This document shows, piece by piece, positions 29,504 through 40,515 of a DNA stretch of 64,000 nucleotides; position 1 is the first letter of the stretch; every line of letters starts with the position of its first letter. The stretch spans positions 1 to 64,000 of the IMG/VR virus record IMGVR_UViG_3300023179_000059, one strand, 5' to 3'. The notes under the pieces are model-generated. The model was not told the DNA's origin. It saw only the letters and a list, made by a program, of their open reading frames with translations, and did not search any database. The stretch is from a virus. Taxonomy: Duplodnaviria > Caudoviricetes. Both the position numbers and the translations under genes were made by a program.

Positions 29504-32500
29504 CAAGACCCGTTGGAAATTTATCTATTAATCCAGCATCTGGATATTGGGGTGCTAATTTTAGTCAAGAATCTTTTTCTATTCCAGAATCATTCTCAAG
29601 TGCTAAAGATGGTTTTGAACAACAAACATTTTTAGGCGCTTCTATACGAAATTTTGGAATAAGCGCTGGTTATGGTGACAGTACAAGTAGTTTATCTGTT
29701 GAATTAATTAATGATGAATTTAATAAATCAGACAATACAAGATATGGTGATCCCATTGGTGACGACGTATATCACGATGGACAATTTGATAGATTTTCTC
29801 CACCGCCAGTTGGATCTCCAGTATTTTTTAAATTTGGACAAAAAAAAGCAAATATAAATGAAGCATATAAATCAATGTATGATAGTTTATATGGAACTAA
29901 TGAAGCTATTGGATCTATTGGTCAATTCCATTTATGCTTTGGTGGAATATTACAAAGTTATGTTCAAAATCGTGGACCGGGTGGGAATCCACTATATTCT
30001 GTACAAGTAGTAGATCCAAGAGAAATATTATCTAATGTAACATTGATTTTAAATAATTATGCCGGTACAACATTTAATAATGCTAATATGTATAATCTAT
30101 ATGGATTTTTAGAATATAATCCTACTCAAGATCTTAAAACACAATTAGATGAAGCATATGCAATTAAAGATATCTTTAGAAAAATAATAAATCCAGATGG
30201 TAGTTATAGATTTTTAGGTTATGATTTATATGCGATTAATCCAAACATCCCACTAGATAGAGAACAATTTAATATAACTACAACAGTTGATTGGACATCT
30301 CTTCCAGTTAAATTTCCAATGACGGGAACCGGTTTTTCTAGGAGAGGTCCACAGGGAATGCCGTTCTATAGAATTAAACAATCTTTTTCTGCTTTATTAG
30401 GACTCAATGGTGCTTTACCACAAGAATATATAGATGCAGGATTTGGCGGCTTTGTTAATTTTCGTGGACATAATTATATTGTTGATCTTAGTGGTCTTAA
30501 AAATGTTCCTAACTATTATTTCTTTGATTTTGATCAGATAAATTTATTAGATTTTTGTTTAGAAGTTTGTGATATTACAAGTAGTGAATTATTTGTTTCT
30601 TTATTACCAATTATTCCTCACGCAGCCTGTGCAAGATTTCAAAGTTGGAATAATTCTTATGGATCTGATCCAAAAAAGTTAATTTCTGGAATTATTAGAG
30701 TTGATAGTATTGATAAATCTTTTAAGCCACAATATGGAGCTATTAAAAATTATATAGATAAATTAAGACTATCTGGTACTCCAGTTGAAAATCAAGATGT
30801 TGGATTTGAATTATCTAATGTTACTACAGATAAATTTATTGTTGGCGCACAAGAAGTCGATATGTATTATTTTTCTAATAATAATGATAGAGATAATTTA
30901 ACTGTTAGAGAAGTAAGTGCTGGATATGGTAGTGTTGATAATGCGAAACAATGGAGATTAAAAACAGCACTTGAACAACAAATATTACCATATTATGGAC
31001 TTTTGGGAAATCGTGCAGTAACTATACCAAAAGGATGGGGTGCATATCAACAAATATTATTAGATTCATCATTACTAAATGCTAAAGGTGTTGGTAATTA
31101 CTATGTTGCAACAGAAATAGAATTAAGAGCGGCACTTATTTCATATGAAAGATGGTGTGAATTTCTATTATCATATAATGATATATATATGGAATCTGTA
31201 GAACTCGGAGATGATGTAGAAGGATCTTTAATATCACAACAGCCATCACGATTTGATAATGATATAGTTGAATTATCTAAAAATTATGCTGTCACAGTTC
31301 CTAGATCTGTTTTTGATTCAGAAGATATAAGATATGGAACAGATGGGCTTCCTTTAAGTGCATGTAATCCTCCATATGGATATCCATTATATTACAAACG
31401 TGCTACTAGAATAGGAGTTCAAGGTGCTGGTTTATCAAACTTATATTCAAGATATAATGGAATAATAACATCTTTAGCAGAAATTAATGGAGCAGCAAAT
31501 AGCGAACAACTAAAAACTATACTTGGTAATGTTTGGGATGATTTAACATCTTCTAGTGTTGGTGATATAACACAATTTGAAAGAGATCTTATAAATAGAA
31601 TTAATATATTAAAACAAAATATTGATTTAGTTACAAAAGCTGATGTTATTGGTCTTATACAAGAATTTGAAGCTGGATTAGAATCTTCATTTAAAATAAT
31701 GAATAGACTTACGAAAGATACAAAAGAAAATTCATTAAAAGTCTATAATTTTATTAGAGCAATTGCAGAAGAATGTTTAGGTAAGAAATTTTTAGTAAAA
31801 ATTCCAAAATATGTAAATGTATTTTATAATCCTACTGGTATTACTGTAGATAATAATACTTTAAAATATACAAGTGGTCCATTTGGATTTAAACCAAGGG
31901 CAACAAAAAGTATACCACCAAATTATGAATTTAGTTCAGAATTTTTAGATCAAGTTAAAGAAGCAAGAGACTCAATAGAAACTCATATGTTTACTTCATA
32001 TGAGACTGTCACACAATTTAAAGGTGCTTTAAATCTAAACTATAATCCAATAACAGAACAATATGAATATAATTATTTACCAGAAAAACAGGGTGGCTAT
32101 ACTAATTTTGATTTATTAACAAATATTTCTCAAAATAAACCAGTAGGCGTATTATATGGATTAATTCCACAAGATTTAACAAATTTTTTGCTTGAAAATT
32201 CTCGCACATGTTCATATGTAAGATTTGATAATAGTCAATATCTATCATTTAATGGTATAGATTCAAATTCTTTTACGCAACAAGTTGTGATTGGAAATAA
32301 TTTTATTCCAGATCTAACTAATCAGTTAAATAATGTTGGAGAAGATTCTACAACATTTACCAGTTTTCAAGAAAATGATACAAACCCACCGCCACCTAAG
32401 TCTATTGCTTTCGTTAAGTGTGATATAGATGATAAATTTTATATGCCACCAAGAGTATCAATTAGTGGAATTGGTGGTGAGAATAATGATGGATATAATG

Positions 32501-33966
32501 GTTTATATAATGTTACTGTGCATGGAACAAATGTAGTTGATATTGGTAGAGCATCAAGACCTAGAAAACTATTTACATGCGATATACCACCAAGTGGTGG
32601 ATGGATATTATCAAGAAGATATTTTATATCTCATTATGTTCCAACTAGTACAGCCTCAGAAAATGTTGCACAAGATAAATTTTTTGAAAGAGAAATTGTT
32701 AATAATAAATGTATAATTAAAACAAAAAATGAAAATCTAGATACAAATAATGTATATGCTTTAATTACATTGCCGGGTAGAATTGTAGCAACAAAAGATG
32801 CTAGATATAGAGATTCAATATTTCAAACTATTAATACTGCTGTCATTAAACACGCTTTAACAATGGATGTTGTAAAGATACCAGAATTTTCTGCTCCAAA
32901 TTTTATTGGTGCGCCTCCAGACGTTGCTATTGGAGAAGACGTTGGGGCTATAGCACAGGCAACAGCCGCATATAATCAAGCATTAGAAAAAAGTATTAAT
33001 TTTTCTTTACATAATAGAATTCAATTTGCTGCACCGTCTCCAATATATCCAGATTTAGTTGTTTTACCATTAATGTCTAAAGAACGATGTTATGGCCCTT
33101 GGATTTCTTCATTATTAGATTCACAAGCCAGTGTATATCAAAACATTGGTGGAAAAATAGAATTTATTAAAGATGAAAATTTATCTCCTTGGAATTATCA
33201 AGGTTATGATTTAATGAATCAAGCTGGAATAACACAGGCACAATTTGCAAATAGTTTATTATTACAATCAGAACGTGGTGGCTTTGTGGTTCCAGCAGCA
33301 CCTAGCGGTGTTTCTATTGGTAGAGCTTTAGCTAACTTAGGCCCACTAATTACAAATATATCAGTAGATATATCAGATAATGGTATTAGAACAACATTTA
33401 AGATGGATCTATATACATCAAGTTTTGGAAAATTACAAAAACAAAAACAAGACGCTATAGCTAATATAAGTAGAGAAAGACAAAAACTTAAAGATGAAAG
33501 AAATACTTTGATACGAAAAGGATTAAGTAAAAATCAAACAAATGTAAATTATAATTTAATATATAATTATATTAGAAATCAAAGTATATATGGTAACTAC
33601 TACACTAATTATCAAACTAATAGCCCATCTATGACACAGCTTGTGGTTTCTGTTGATCCAAACAATAATACATTTGTCAATGAACAAAATTCAACTATGT
33701 TTGGAAGTACATCGAATAGTCAATATAATACTTTATATTCCTCATCTGCCAGTGTGCAGAGTAATGATCAACTAAGTGATACTATTAATAATTTACCAAA
33801 TACTATAGGAACCTCAAATAAATATTATAATTCTGCTGGAATATCTTTATCTGAAATGTTTGTAGCTTTTTCTAAAGAACCTCATCCAAATATGCCATAT
33901 CTTGTTGATAATAATTTAAATTCATCACAATCTTTATACGATCAAATTAGTTCAAAGGAAATATAA
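29500..33966 (+). CDS. Large tail-tip/baseplate hub-like protein
   Basis: About 1488 aa; likely start ATG 29500 (ATGA overlap, AGGA upstream); C-terminal ITNISVDISDNGIRTTFKM typical of hub/central-fibre ends. Confidence 0.45.
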   Translation: MTRPVGNLSINPASGYWGANFSQESFSIPESFSSAKDGFEQQTFLGASIRNFGISAGYGDSTSSLSVELINDEFNKSDNTRYGDPIGDDVYHDGQFDRFSPPPVGSPVFFKFGQKKANINEAYKSMYDSLYGTNEAIGSIGQFHLCFGGILQSYVQNRGPGGNPLYSVQVVDPREILSNVTLILNNYAGTTFNNANMYNLYGFLEYNPTQDLKTQLDEAYAIKDIFRKIINPDGSYRFLGYDLYAINPNIPLDREQFNITTTVDWTSLPVKFPMTGTGFSRRGPQGMPFYRIKQSFSALLGLNGALPQEYIDAGFGGFVNFRGHNYIVDLSGLKNVPNYYFFDFDQINLLDFCLEVCDITSSELFVSLLPIIPHAACARFQSWNNSYGSDPKKLISGIIRVDSIDKSFKPQYGAIKNYIDKLRLSGTPVENQDVGFELSNVTTDKFIVGAQEVDMYYFSNNNDRDNLTVREVSAGYGSVDNAKQWRLKTALEQQILPYYGLLGNRAVTIPKGWGAYQQILLDSSLLNAKGVGNYYVATEIELRAALISYERWCEFLLSYNDIYMESVELGDDVEGSLISQQPSRFDNDIVELSKNYAVTVPRSVFDSEDIRYGTDGLPLSACNPPYGYPLYYKRATRIGVQGAGLSNLYSRYNGIITSLAEINGAANSEQLKTILGNVWDDLTSSSVGDITQFERDLINRINILKQNIDLVTKADVIGLIQEFEAGLESSFKIMNRLTKDTKENSLKVYNFIRAIAEECLGKKFLVKIPKYVNVFYNPTGITVDNNTLKYTSGPFGFKPRATKSIPPNYEFSSEFLDQVKEARDSIETHMFTSYETVTQFKGALNLNYNPITEQYEYNYLPEKQGGYTNFDLLTNISQNKPVGVLYGLIPQDLTNFLLENSRTCSYVRFDNSQYLSFNGIDSNSFTQQVVIGNNFIPDLTNQLNNVGEDSTTFTSFQENDTNPPPPKSIAFVKCDIDDKFYMPPRVSISGIGGENNDGYNGLYNVTVHGTNVVDIGRASRPRKLFTCDIPPSGGWILSRRYFISHYVPTSTASENVAQDKFFEREIVNNKCIIKTKNENLDTNNVYALITLPGRIVATKDARYRDSIFQTINTAVIKHALTMDVVKIPEFSAPNFIGAPPDVAIGEDVGAIAQATAAYNQALEKSINFSLHNRIQFAAPSPIYPDLVVLPLMSKERCYGPWISSLLDSQASVYQNIGGKIEFIKDENLSPWNYQGYDLMNQAGITQAQFANSLLLQSERGGFVVPAAPSGVSIGRALANLGPLITNISVDISDNGIRTTFKMDLYTSSFGKLQKQKQDAIANISRERQKLKDERNTLIRKGLSKNQTNVNYNLIYNYIRNQSIYGNYYTNYQTNSPSMTQLVVSVDPNNNTFVNEQNSTMFGSTSNSQYNTLYSSSASVQSNDQLSDTINNLPNTIGTSNKYYNSAGISLSEMFVAFSKEPHPNMPYLVDNNLNSSQSLYDQISSKEI

Positions 33967-36900
33967 TGTCTACATTTAAAGGATCTTTGACTTCAAGAGT
34001 TCAAGAAAATCATCAATTTTTTAGTAAGAATAAATTTTTAGAAAGTATAGGATTATGTTCTTTTACTAAATCTTCATGTGAAATTATTTATAAACAAAAT
34101 AGAAAACTATTAAATAATAGTTCAATTTTTAATAGCTTACCAACTCAACTTAATAATAATACAACAATTTTAGATCTATTGTCTAATTTAAATTGTACAT
34201 ATACTAAATTTAGTATTGGATCTCAAACATTTGAAGCTTCACCAACATCAATATCATTATTAGATTTATATAATTTAATTACATATCATGAAAATAAAAT
34301 TTTTAATGGATCTGCACAAGTTGTAATAGAACAATATGATAGTCAAATAAAAGATATTAATAATAGTTTAGAAAAATCTGTTAAGTGTGTTGGTACATTA
34401 ACTCTTGGTCAACTTAATGAAGAAATAGTTATTAATTTGACTTTTCAAGAACGGGGAAATAGAAGCAACGAAAGAAGCGTTGCATTTAAAGAAATAATGA
34501 TTGCTGCTCCACCAAGAATGGCAAGTGGTCCACAGTATGGATTTGGTACAACGGATGATCATCAAAAATCATCAACTTCTAATATAAATACAGTTATACC
34601 ACCAACACAAGGTGGTTTTGGTCAAGATTCAATTGCTGCACCATTAAAAGTATATTACGATAATAATACTGGACAATGGAAATCTGGAAATATTCAAATA
34701 TTAGCTAGATTACTTACTGATATAGATCCAGCAGATATTCAACCAATTCCAGATTCGGATTTAACTAATTTATCTCCAGAACAAATTGCTGAAATATTTT
34801 CGGGATCACCAAAAAAAGGAAAAGCATTACCATTATCTATGCAAGGTGGTAATCCACACACATATGGACCAAATTTTATAGAATGTATTACAAAAAAAAC
34901 AGTAGAAGTAGAAGTTATTAATAGATCATTAAAAGCTTTTAAACAGGGCGAACTTGTAATGTTGACCGATATTAATGGTGAATGGATACCACAGCCATTT
35001 GGAGAAGATCAGCCAGCAACATCTCCTATAAAGTTTGGTGATTGGTCATTTGTAAAATTAATAGCAAATACAGATAGTTATTTTAAAGACGATAGATTTT
35101 ATAAAGATGGATCTACAGAATTTGCGACAGATATCAAACCAGAAGATTATGAAAATGCGTCTAGATTTAAATTTTATACAAATATATTAAGTACTTGGAT
35201 TAATAGAAAAGATTTTATAGAAGATAATATAAAAAGACCGGCCTTAACAACCGTATACCCCGGATCATTGCTTAGAGAAATACAACAATTAAATCTTAAA
35301 AATATTGAATCCACAAATTTTATTCCAAGTAAAAGATATTATATTTGTAGTATTTTTGACCAATTAAATGAAACAATAGGTGGATTCCAAAAAAAAACAA
35401 TATTAACTTCTACAAATGTAGAAGCTAAAAATACATTTATTTCAGCAAATGATCAATTTAAATATGCTGAAGAAATTCCTCTTTTTTGGGGTCCAGTATA
35501 TTTAGATGGTGTTATGGATATAATATATAATAATAATCCATTACCAGAATATAATGGTCCAGATAAAAATTTTAGTCAAATATGTGAATTTTTCAGATTA
35601 CCAAAATCATCTAATGATATATCAAGTTTTCCGGCCAGTGACAATAAAGACAATGAACAATTATTACATGTACCAGCAGAATGCGTTAGTAAGTTTATTA
35701 ATCCATATAGTGTTTTTATTGGGTGGCCCCTACTTGGATCTGAAAATTTTACAATATATACACCACACGTTCCAGCACCATATTATGGGACATCTATACC
35801 AAAAAGCAAAAATAGAATTCAATTTTCTCCACTACAAGCAGAATTTGCAGGTGGAGACGATATGTTATCAAAATTTTCTAATGATCAAAATAATAGAAAT
35901 TTCTATACCATTGTAAGAAAACTTATTAATAAAAGATCAGCACAGGTAGAAAATATTATACCAGATAATTTTACTGGATATTTAATGGGAAATACTTATG
36001 AAAGGTCTGCAAAATTAGGATATATTGAAGCAAATAAAAATATATTATTATCTGAAATAAATGATAGTATTTTACCAAACTGTAGTTTAATATATGATAT
36101 ATCAAAATATAATCAAGGATCATTTTTAAATACGATTAGATATCAATGTTATGTAGCACAACAACCAATTGATACTGGATTAGTTGGCGCGCCAAGATTA
36201 TTTAGAGATGGATTTTCATCTTCTGCCGTTGGCGCACAATGTGTTGGAATAATATCTGCTAAAAATACAATTTCTAAATCCGGTGGTGGAAAAATTAATT
36301 ATTCTCTTATTCAAGATTTTGGACTTAATCAACAAAGAGCTGCTACAGCAACACAGACATTTTTTTCACAACTTATGGGTATAGCATTTGGTGGTAGCAG
36401 TGGGGGAATTCAAACCGGAATTCCACAGTGGGGTTCAAATACAGATACTATTGACAGTTTTGGAACAACGGCACTACATGTAAAAATTTATGACTATTGG
36501 CCCGAAGAACAAACATTATTTGATCCAAGATATTTTGGCGTATTACATTTTAATGCTGGTAGTTATTGGAATACCGAATCTTTAAATAATACATTGGCAA
36601 TTGTAGCTGGAGAAACTACGCAGCAAACACAGCAAAGAATAGAAAATAGTAAAAAACTAGACTTACCAATTCCAACATATTTAGATGATAATATTATTCA
36701 AGTTGGAGAATCAATAGATAGAAATATAGCATTTAAACCAAAAAATCAATGGAAATTAAATCCAATAAGAAGAGGCGCTTTATTAACTGGTGGTGGATTT
36801 ACTTATAAGTATCATGTTATTGGATTATCTGATACTGCAACTATACTTTCTGGTGGAACGGGTTTTACATCTTCTTTTGAGCATACAATTGCTTCTAGAA

Positions 36901-37388
36901 ATTTAAAAATTACCGTATTAGTAAGTAATGGTTCTGTTACTGGAATAAAATTTGAAAAAGATACTTTTGGAAATGATATGCGTGGTGACGATTTTATTCC
37001 GAACGATTTTAATACAGATTTTCCAAAATATGTAAATGGAGATGTAAATGGAACAACTGACCAAAAAGGATTTGTTTTAAACTTTAGATCTCCTACAGCA
37101 AATGGAAAACAGGCTAGTATAGGATTTATAAATGGTATATGTTGGCTAAAAATAGCTAAAGATTTACCACCTGTACAACACGGTCCAATCACTAGATTAA
37201 CCAGTAGCAGCAAGCGTGGAGAGGGATTTATAGAGGAAACTAGAGATACTACATTAGATTTAGGAACAAATTCTAGTGGAAAATATGACTGTTTTTATCA
37301 CTTTCATAACGATATTACTCATACACTTATTTTGGCACAGCCATTTACAGCCGGATTTGCCCAATATGTCAGTATGACAATAACATAA
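33966..37388 (+). CDS. Large hypothetical virion protein
   Basis: 1140-aa ORF coupled to the upstream gene within the tail module. Confidence 0.5.
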   Translation: MSTFKGSLTSRVQENHQFFSKNKFLESIGLCSFTKSSCEIIYKQNRKLLNNSSIFNSLPTQLNNNTTILDLLSNLNCTYTKFSIGSQTFEASPTSISLLDLYNLITYHENKIFNGSAQVVIEQYDSQIKDINNSLEKSVKCVGTLTLGQLNEEIVINLTFQERGNRSNERSVAFKEIMIAAPPRMASGPQYGFGTTDDHQKSSTSNINTVIPPTQGGFGQDSIAAPLKVYYDNNTGQWKSGNIQILARLLTDIDPADIQPIPDSDLTNLSPEQIAEIFSGSPKKGKALPLSMQGGNPHTYGPNFIECITKKTVEVEVINRSLKAFKQGELVMLTDINGEWIPQPFGEDQPATSPIKFGDWSFVKLIANTDSYFKDDRFYKDGSTEFATDIKPEDYENASRFKFYTNILSTWINRKDFIEDNIKRPALTTVYPGSLLREIQQLNLKNIESTNFIPSKRYYICSIFDQLNETIGGFQKKTILTSTNVEAKNTFISANDQFKYAEEIPLFWGPVYLDGVMDIIYNNNPLPEYNGPDKNFSQICEFFRLPKSSNDISSFPASDNKDNEQLLHVPAECVSKFINPYSVFIGWPLLGSENFTIYTPHVPAPYYGTSIPKSKNRIQFSPLQAEFAGGDDMLSKFSNDQNNRNFYTIVRKLINKRSAQVENIIPDNFTGYLMGNTYERSAKLGYIEANKNILLSEINDSILPNCSLIYDISKYNQGSFLNTIRYQCYVAQQPIDTGLVGAPRLFRDGFSSSAVGAQCVGIISAKNTISKSGGGKINYSLIQDFGLNQQRAATATQTFFSQLMGIAFGGSSGGIQTGIPQWGSNTDTIDSFGTTALHVKIYDYWPEEQTLFDPRYFGVLHFNAGSYWNTESLNNTLAIVAGETTQQTQQRIENSKKLDLPIPTYLDDNIIQVGESIDRNIAFKPKNQWKLNPIRRGALLTGGGFTYKYHVIGLSDTATILSGGTGFTSSFEHTIASRNLKITVLVSNGSVTGIKFEKDTFGNDMRGDDFIPNDFNTDFPKYVNGDVNGTTDQKGFVLNFRSPTANGKQASIGFINGICWLKIAKDLPPVQHGPITRLTSSSKRGEGFIEETRDTTLDLGTNSSGKYDCFYHFHNDITHTLILAQPFTAGFAQYVSMTIT

Positions 37389-37393
37389 TTTAT

Positions 37394-37409
37394 GTGTATA
37401 ATAAATTAG
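37394..37409 (+). promoter_or_regulatory. Candidate late promoter GTGTATAataaATTAG
   Basis: Intergenic; same layout as 5416 (motif, ~11 nt, TATRGGAGA SD, ATG). Confidence 0.5.
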
Positions 37410-37433
37410 AAACCTTCAATATGGGAGACTTTC

Positions 37434-38141
37434 ATGGCTCAAATCGAATTTTATGCTAATATTTTAAATGGTGCAAATACACTAATTAACCATTCTGCTG
37501 GTTCTGGATTAGGTTTTTATGGTTCTAGCTTTGGTGTTTCTGTCCCAGTAAATGCCAAGCAGACAACCACATATGTTACAGACGCTAATGGTGTAAATCA
37601 AGGCTCACAATTAAATAATACATCAATGAGTACTCTTGGTAATGGCGCAACAGCCGGAACAGTTTCCATAAATTCAAATACAGCCATAAATAATAATAAT
37701 CTCCCTAATTATTTATGCCCACTAAATGTCAGATTTACACACAACGAAGCTGTTCGTGTTCAAAACTGTAAGTTAAGAATATTTGATAGAAGTAATATAA
37801 ACAATCCAGCCAGTGGCGTAACTACATATGTATATGAAGCTAGACATCCATCTTCATTACAAAATAAAACAAACTTATCACATCGAGGTAGAAACGATAA
37901 TAGTTGGGTTGAATTTGATCCAGTTACAAGCGTAACAGATATGATATTTACAAGTTCACCCGGTATAAGTGGAACAAATACAAATACATCTGATACAGAT
38001 ACATCTTTAGGATATTTAACACAAAATGGTTCTTTACACTCTAGCACAAGACACGATTGGTATATAGCACTAAGTTCAGAACCAGAAAGTATTGGAAGTA
38101 AGACACAGTACGGTCTTTACTTCTCAGTAGAATACCTATAA
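37434..38141 (+). CDS. Putative high-copy virion structural protein
   Basis: T/S/N/G-rich; own candidate promoter and strong SD GGGAG; last gene before the terminator. Confidence 0.45.
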   Translation: MAQIEFYANILNGANTLINHSAGSGLGFYGSSFGVSVPVNAKQTTTYVTDANGVNQGSQLNNTSMSTLGNGATAGTVSINSNTAINNNNLPNYLCPLNVRFTHNEAVRVQNCKLRIFDRSNINNPASGVTTYVYEARHPSSLQNKTNLSHRGRNDNSWVEFDPVTSVTDMIFTSSPGISGTNTNTSDTDTSLGYLTQNGSLHSSTRHDWYIALSSEPESIGSKTQYGLYFSVEYL

Positions 38142-38199
38142 AAATAAAATACCCCCAAGATAACCAATAATTGGATTTACCTTGGGGGATTTTTTTATT
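38142..38199. terminator. Bidirectional rho-independent terminator between the convergent modules
   Basis: CCCCCAAG (38152-59) pairs with CTTGGGGG (38181-88); inner TAA-CCAA/TTGG-TTA pairs; A-tract on the left, T-tract on the right. Confidence 0.85.
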
Positions 38200-38530
38200 C
38201 AGACTGTTCAGTCTTTGGATTCCATTTTACCCAACCACCATCTGGTAGCCACTTTCCATCGTTATCCTTCCTCTTTGGAAATAATCCACCGCCCTTCTTG
38301 TTGACACCAAAAGAAAGTCTAGCACCACAATCTAGGCATCGTAATTCATAATATAGATTATCATCTACATTTCTAACTACAAATCTTAGATTTTCTGAAC
38401 CACACTTTCCACAGGCTGTTTCATCAAATACTTCTTGAAACTTGCTAATAGCTTCAAATAAGTCCTTTTGTGACTCACCCTCTAGCTCTACTTTTAGTCT
38501 ACCATTTTTTGTTGTATATGTTAATCTCAT
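38195..38530 (-). CDS. Zn-ribbon protein
   Basis: CGKC...CLDC cysteine pairs. Confidence 0.6.
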   Translation of the reverse strand: MRLTYTTKNGRLKVELEGESQKDLFEAISKFQEVFDETACGKCGSENLRFVVRNVDDNLYYELRCLDCGARLSFGVNKKGGGLFPKRKDNDGKWLPDGGWVKWNPKTEQSE

Positions 38531-39285
38531 AAATTACGCCACTCCTGTTGGTATCCAACTATAGACTCTGGAATTAAATTCTTATCACGCTGAAAATCAT
38601 TCAGCTTATCAATTATATCACTAGCGATCTTTTTTGACACCTTTTTATTAATATCAGCAGAAAATATATCCTTAAATAGTTTTTGTCCATTGATATTTAA
38701 TTGCTTACACTTTACGTCAATAAAATTAAGTTGGGCATCACTCATTCTACTCTGATCATTATAATCACTATCTGTACTAGTCTTTGTAGAAGATATATCT
38801 CTAACAATCTTAGCAGTGTCTTTCTTTGTTAATTCTTCGGCTGCAACGGCCCTAATCTTTAATGCTTTTCTCAAGGCTCTTGCTTCTGCTCTTGTACTTG
38901 CTATTGCAACAGCATAGGCACAGAATGTATCATCTGTGTTACCCTCCCAGCAGTCTGCCACTTCTGAATATTTCATTCCACTGCTAAACTCTACAGTAAA
39001 AACAACGGTAGCACGACCATGATGATCATCGCGTTGAACTGGAAACACTTGCGTTGGGCCACTAAAAATAATTGGCCCAATTACAAGTTCTGCCACCCTT
39101 CTCAATCCATGAACAAGTGGATTTCCATCTACCATTTCTGATTCTGAAAACAATCCCATTACATAATCATTCCACTCTGGAGAAAGTGGATGTGGACCAT
39201 CTACAGCAACTACATCTTTTACAGAAGTATTTGTATTGCTTGGTGTTGCTAGTTCAACATTATCAAATAACTGTTCCTCTTCCAT
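38527..39285 (-). CDS. Single-strand annealing protein (Rad52/Sak-like)
   Basis: ASTRAEARALRKAL motif; C-terminal SDAQL..I...SK..AS.IIDKL domain typical of phage SSAPs. Confidence 0.55.
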   Translation of the reverse strand: MEEEQLFDNVELATPSNTNTSVKDVVAVDGPHPLSPEWNDYVMGLFSESEMVDGNPLVHGLRRVAELVIGPIIFSGPTQVFPVQRDDHHGRATVVFTVEFSSGMKYSEVADCWEGNTDDTFCAYAVAIASTRAEARALRKALKIRAVAAEELTKKDTAKIVRDISSTKTSTDSDYNDQSRMSDAQLNFIDVKCKQLNINGQKLFKDIFSADINKKVSKKIASDIIDKLNDFQRDKNLIPESIVGYQQEWRNL

Positions 39286-39296
39286 ATATTATTCCT

Positions 39297-40064
39297 TTAT
39301 ACTTGTAGTTCAATTAATCTATTAGACTTGTCTGGAAAACGTGTATTAATCTTATTTAAGATATCAATAATATTATTCTTTAGCTTTTCTTGTTCGGCCA
39401 AAGATACATTGTCAGAAAGATTTTTAACTCTAATAATCGCTAATCCTTTCCCTAAAATTAATCCTGTTTTATGCTCATCTGCTTTTATTTGTTTATGTAG
39501 CTTTTCTTCTCCCCATATTGGCAAGAAATGAGATGGGCCGTCTATCTCTATTATAGTCCGCAACTTGGGTATGTACATGTCTATTTCAAGATTTTGATTT
39601 GCGATGAGATTGGTCTTGTGATATTCTACCACAAAGCCAGCCGTTGTCAATTCCTTACGTAGAAATTTCTCAAGTTTAGAACCTTCTTTACCAGCGGCTT
39701 GAATTGCTTTAATCGCTAAAGCCGCCATATTTTGTTTTTCTAATTCTGTCATATTTTTCCATCTATCTTTTGCAATTTGTACTCTAGAATTATATTCTTC
39801 ATCAGATAGATTATCCCAAGTCTTTTTTAAACTTGCACTAATCTTTAGCTTATCTTCTTTAGTTCTTTTTTTACCTTTAGTTGGAATAATAGCTGTGCCA
39901 TTATTAATAGCATTTCTTTGTGCTTCACTTTTACTTTTAAGCTCTACGCCATTTTTCACTAATATTCTTCTAACCTTATTTGGATACGTATTTAATATTT
40001 CTGCTATTTCATACGTGCTTTTTTGATCTTTTGTATATAAATCAATAATCTTTTTTTCATTCAT
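39297..40064 (-). mobile_element. Free-standing homing endonuclease (HTH + NUMOD3-like + Vsr/EDxHD-type nuclease)
   Basis: N-terminal HTH (STYEIAEILNTYPNKVRRIL); KGKKRTKEDKLKIS; EID.YIP.L..IIEIDG.SH. Confidence 0.7.
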
Positions 40065-40507
40065 TATTTCACCGATAATAGAAAGTCTACTATTTCATTA
40101 GAGTCAGATATAACTTTTGTTTTTATTCCAGTAACTCTATACAAATATTTTGCATCCTGCTCCGTCTTTGATACTATATTTACATTAGCATTAATAATAT
40201 TTAACAGTTGAAATATTGAAACAGCTTTTTCCCATCCATAGTAATAAAAAATATCAATATTATTAACTATACTAAATGTAGATTTTAAACAATCCATATT
40301 GAATATTAATAATTTTCCATTAAAGTTCCATAGATCTGTTGAATTAAACATCCCGCATGGTATGTCAAATGGTATAAATCCAACACCGTCATAAAAAATG
40401 CTACAATCTTTTAAATTATTATTATCTACTGCGGAATTGATAATATTTGAAACAAAAGACATTTCACTTTCATTCGACAAAGTTTTAACATAAATACCTA
40501 AATTCAT
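40064..40507 (-). CDS. Hypothetical protein (glycosylation cluster)
   Basis: Likely start ATG 40507 with AGGA SD; coupled within the operon. Confidence 0.5.
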   Translation of the reverse strand: MNLGIYVKTLSNESEMSFVSNIINSAVDNNNLKDCSIFYDGVGFIPFDIPCGMFNSTDLWNFNGKLLIFNMDCLKSTFSIVNNIDIFYYYGWEKAVSIFQLLNIINANVNIVSKTEQDAKYLYRVTGIKTKVISDSNEIVDFLLSVK

Positions 40508-40515
40508 ATAAAATC

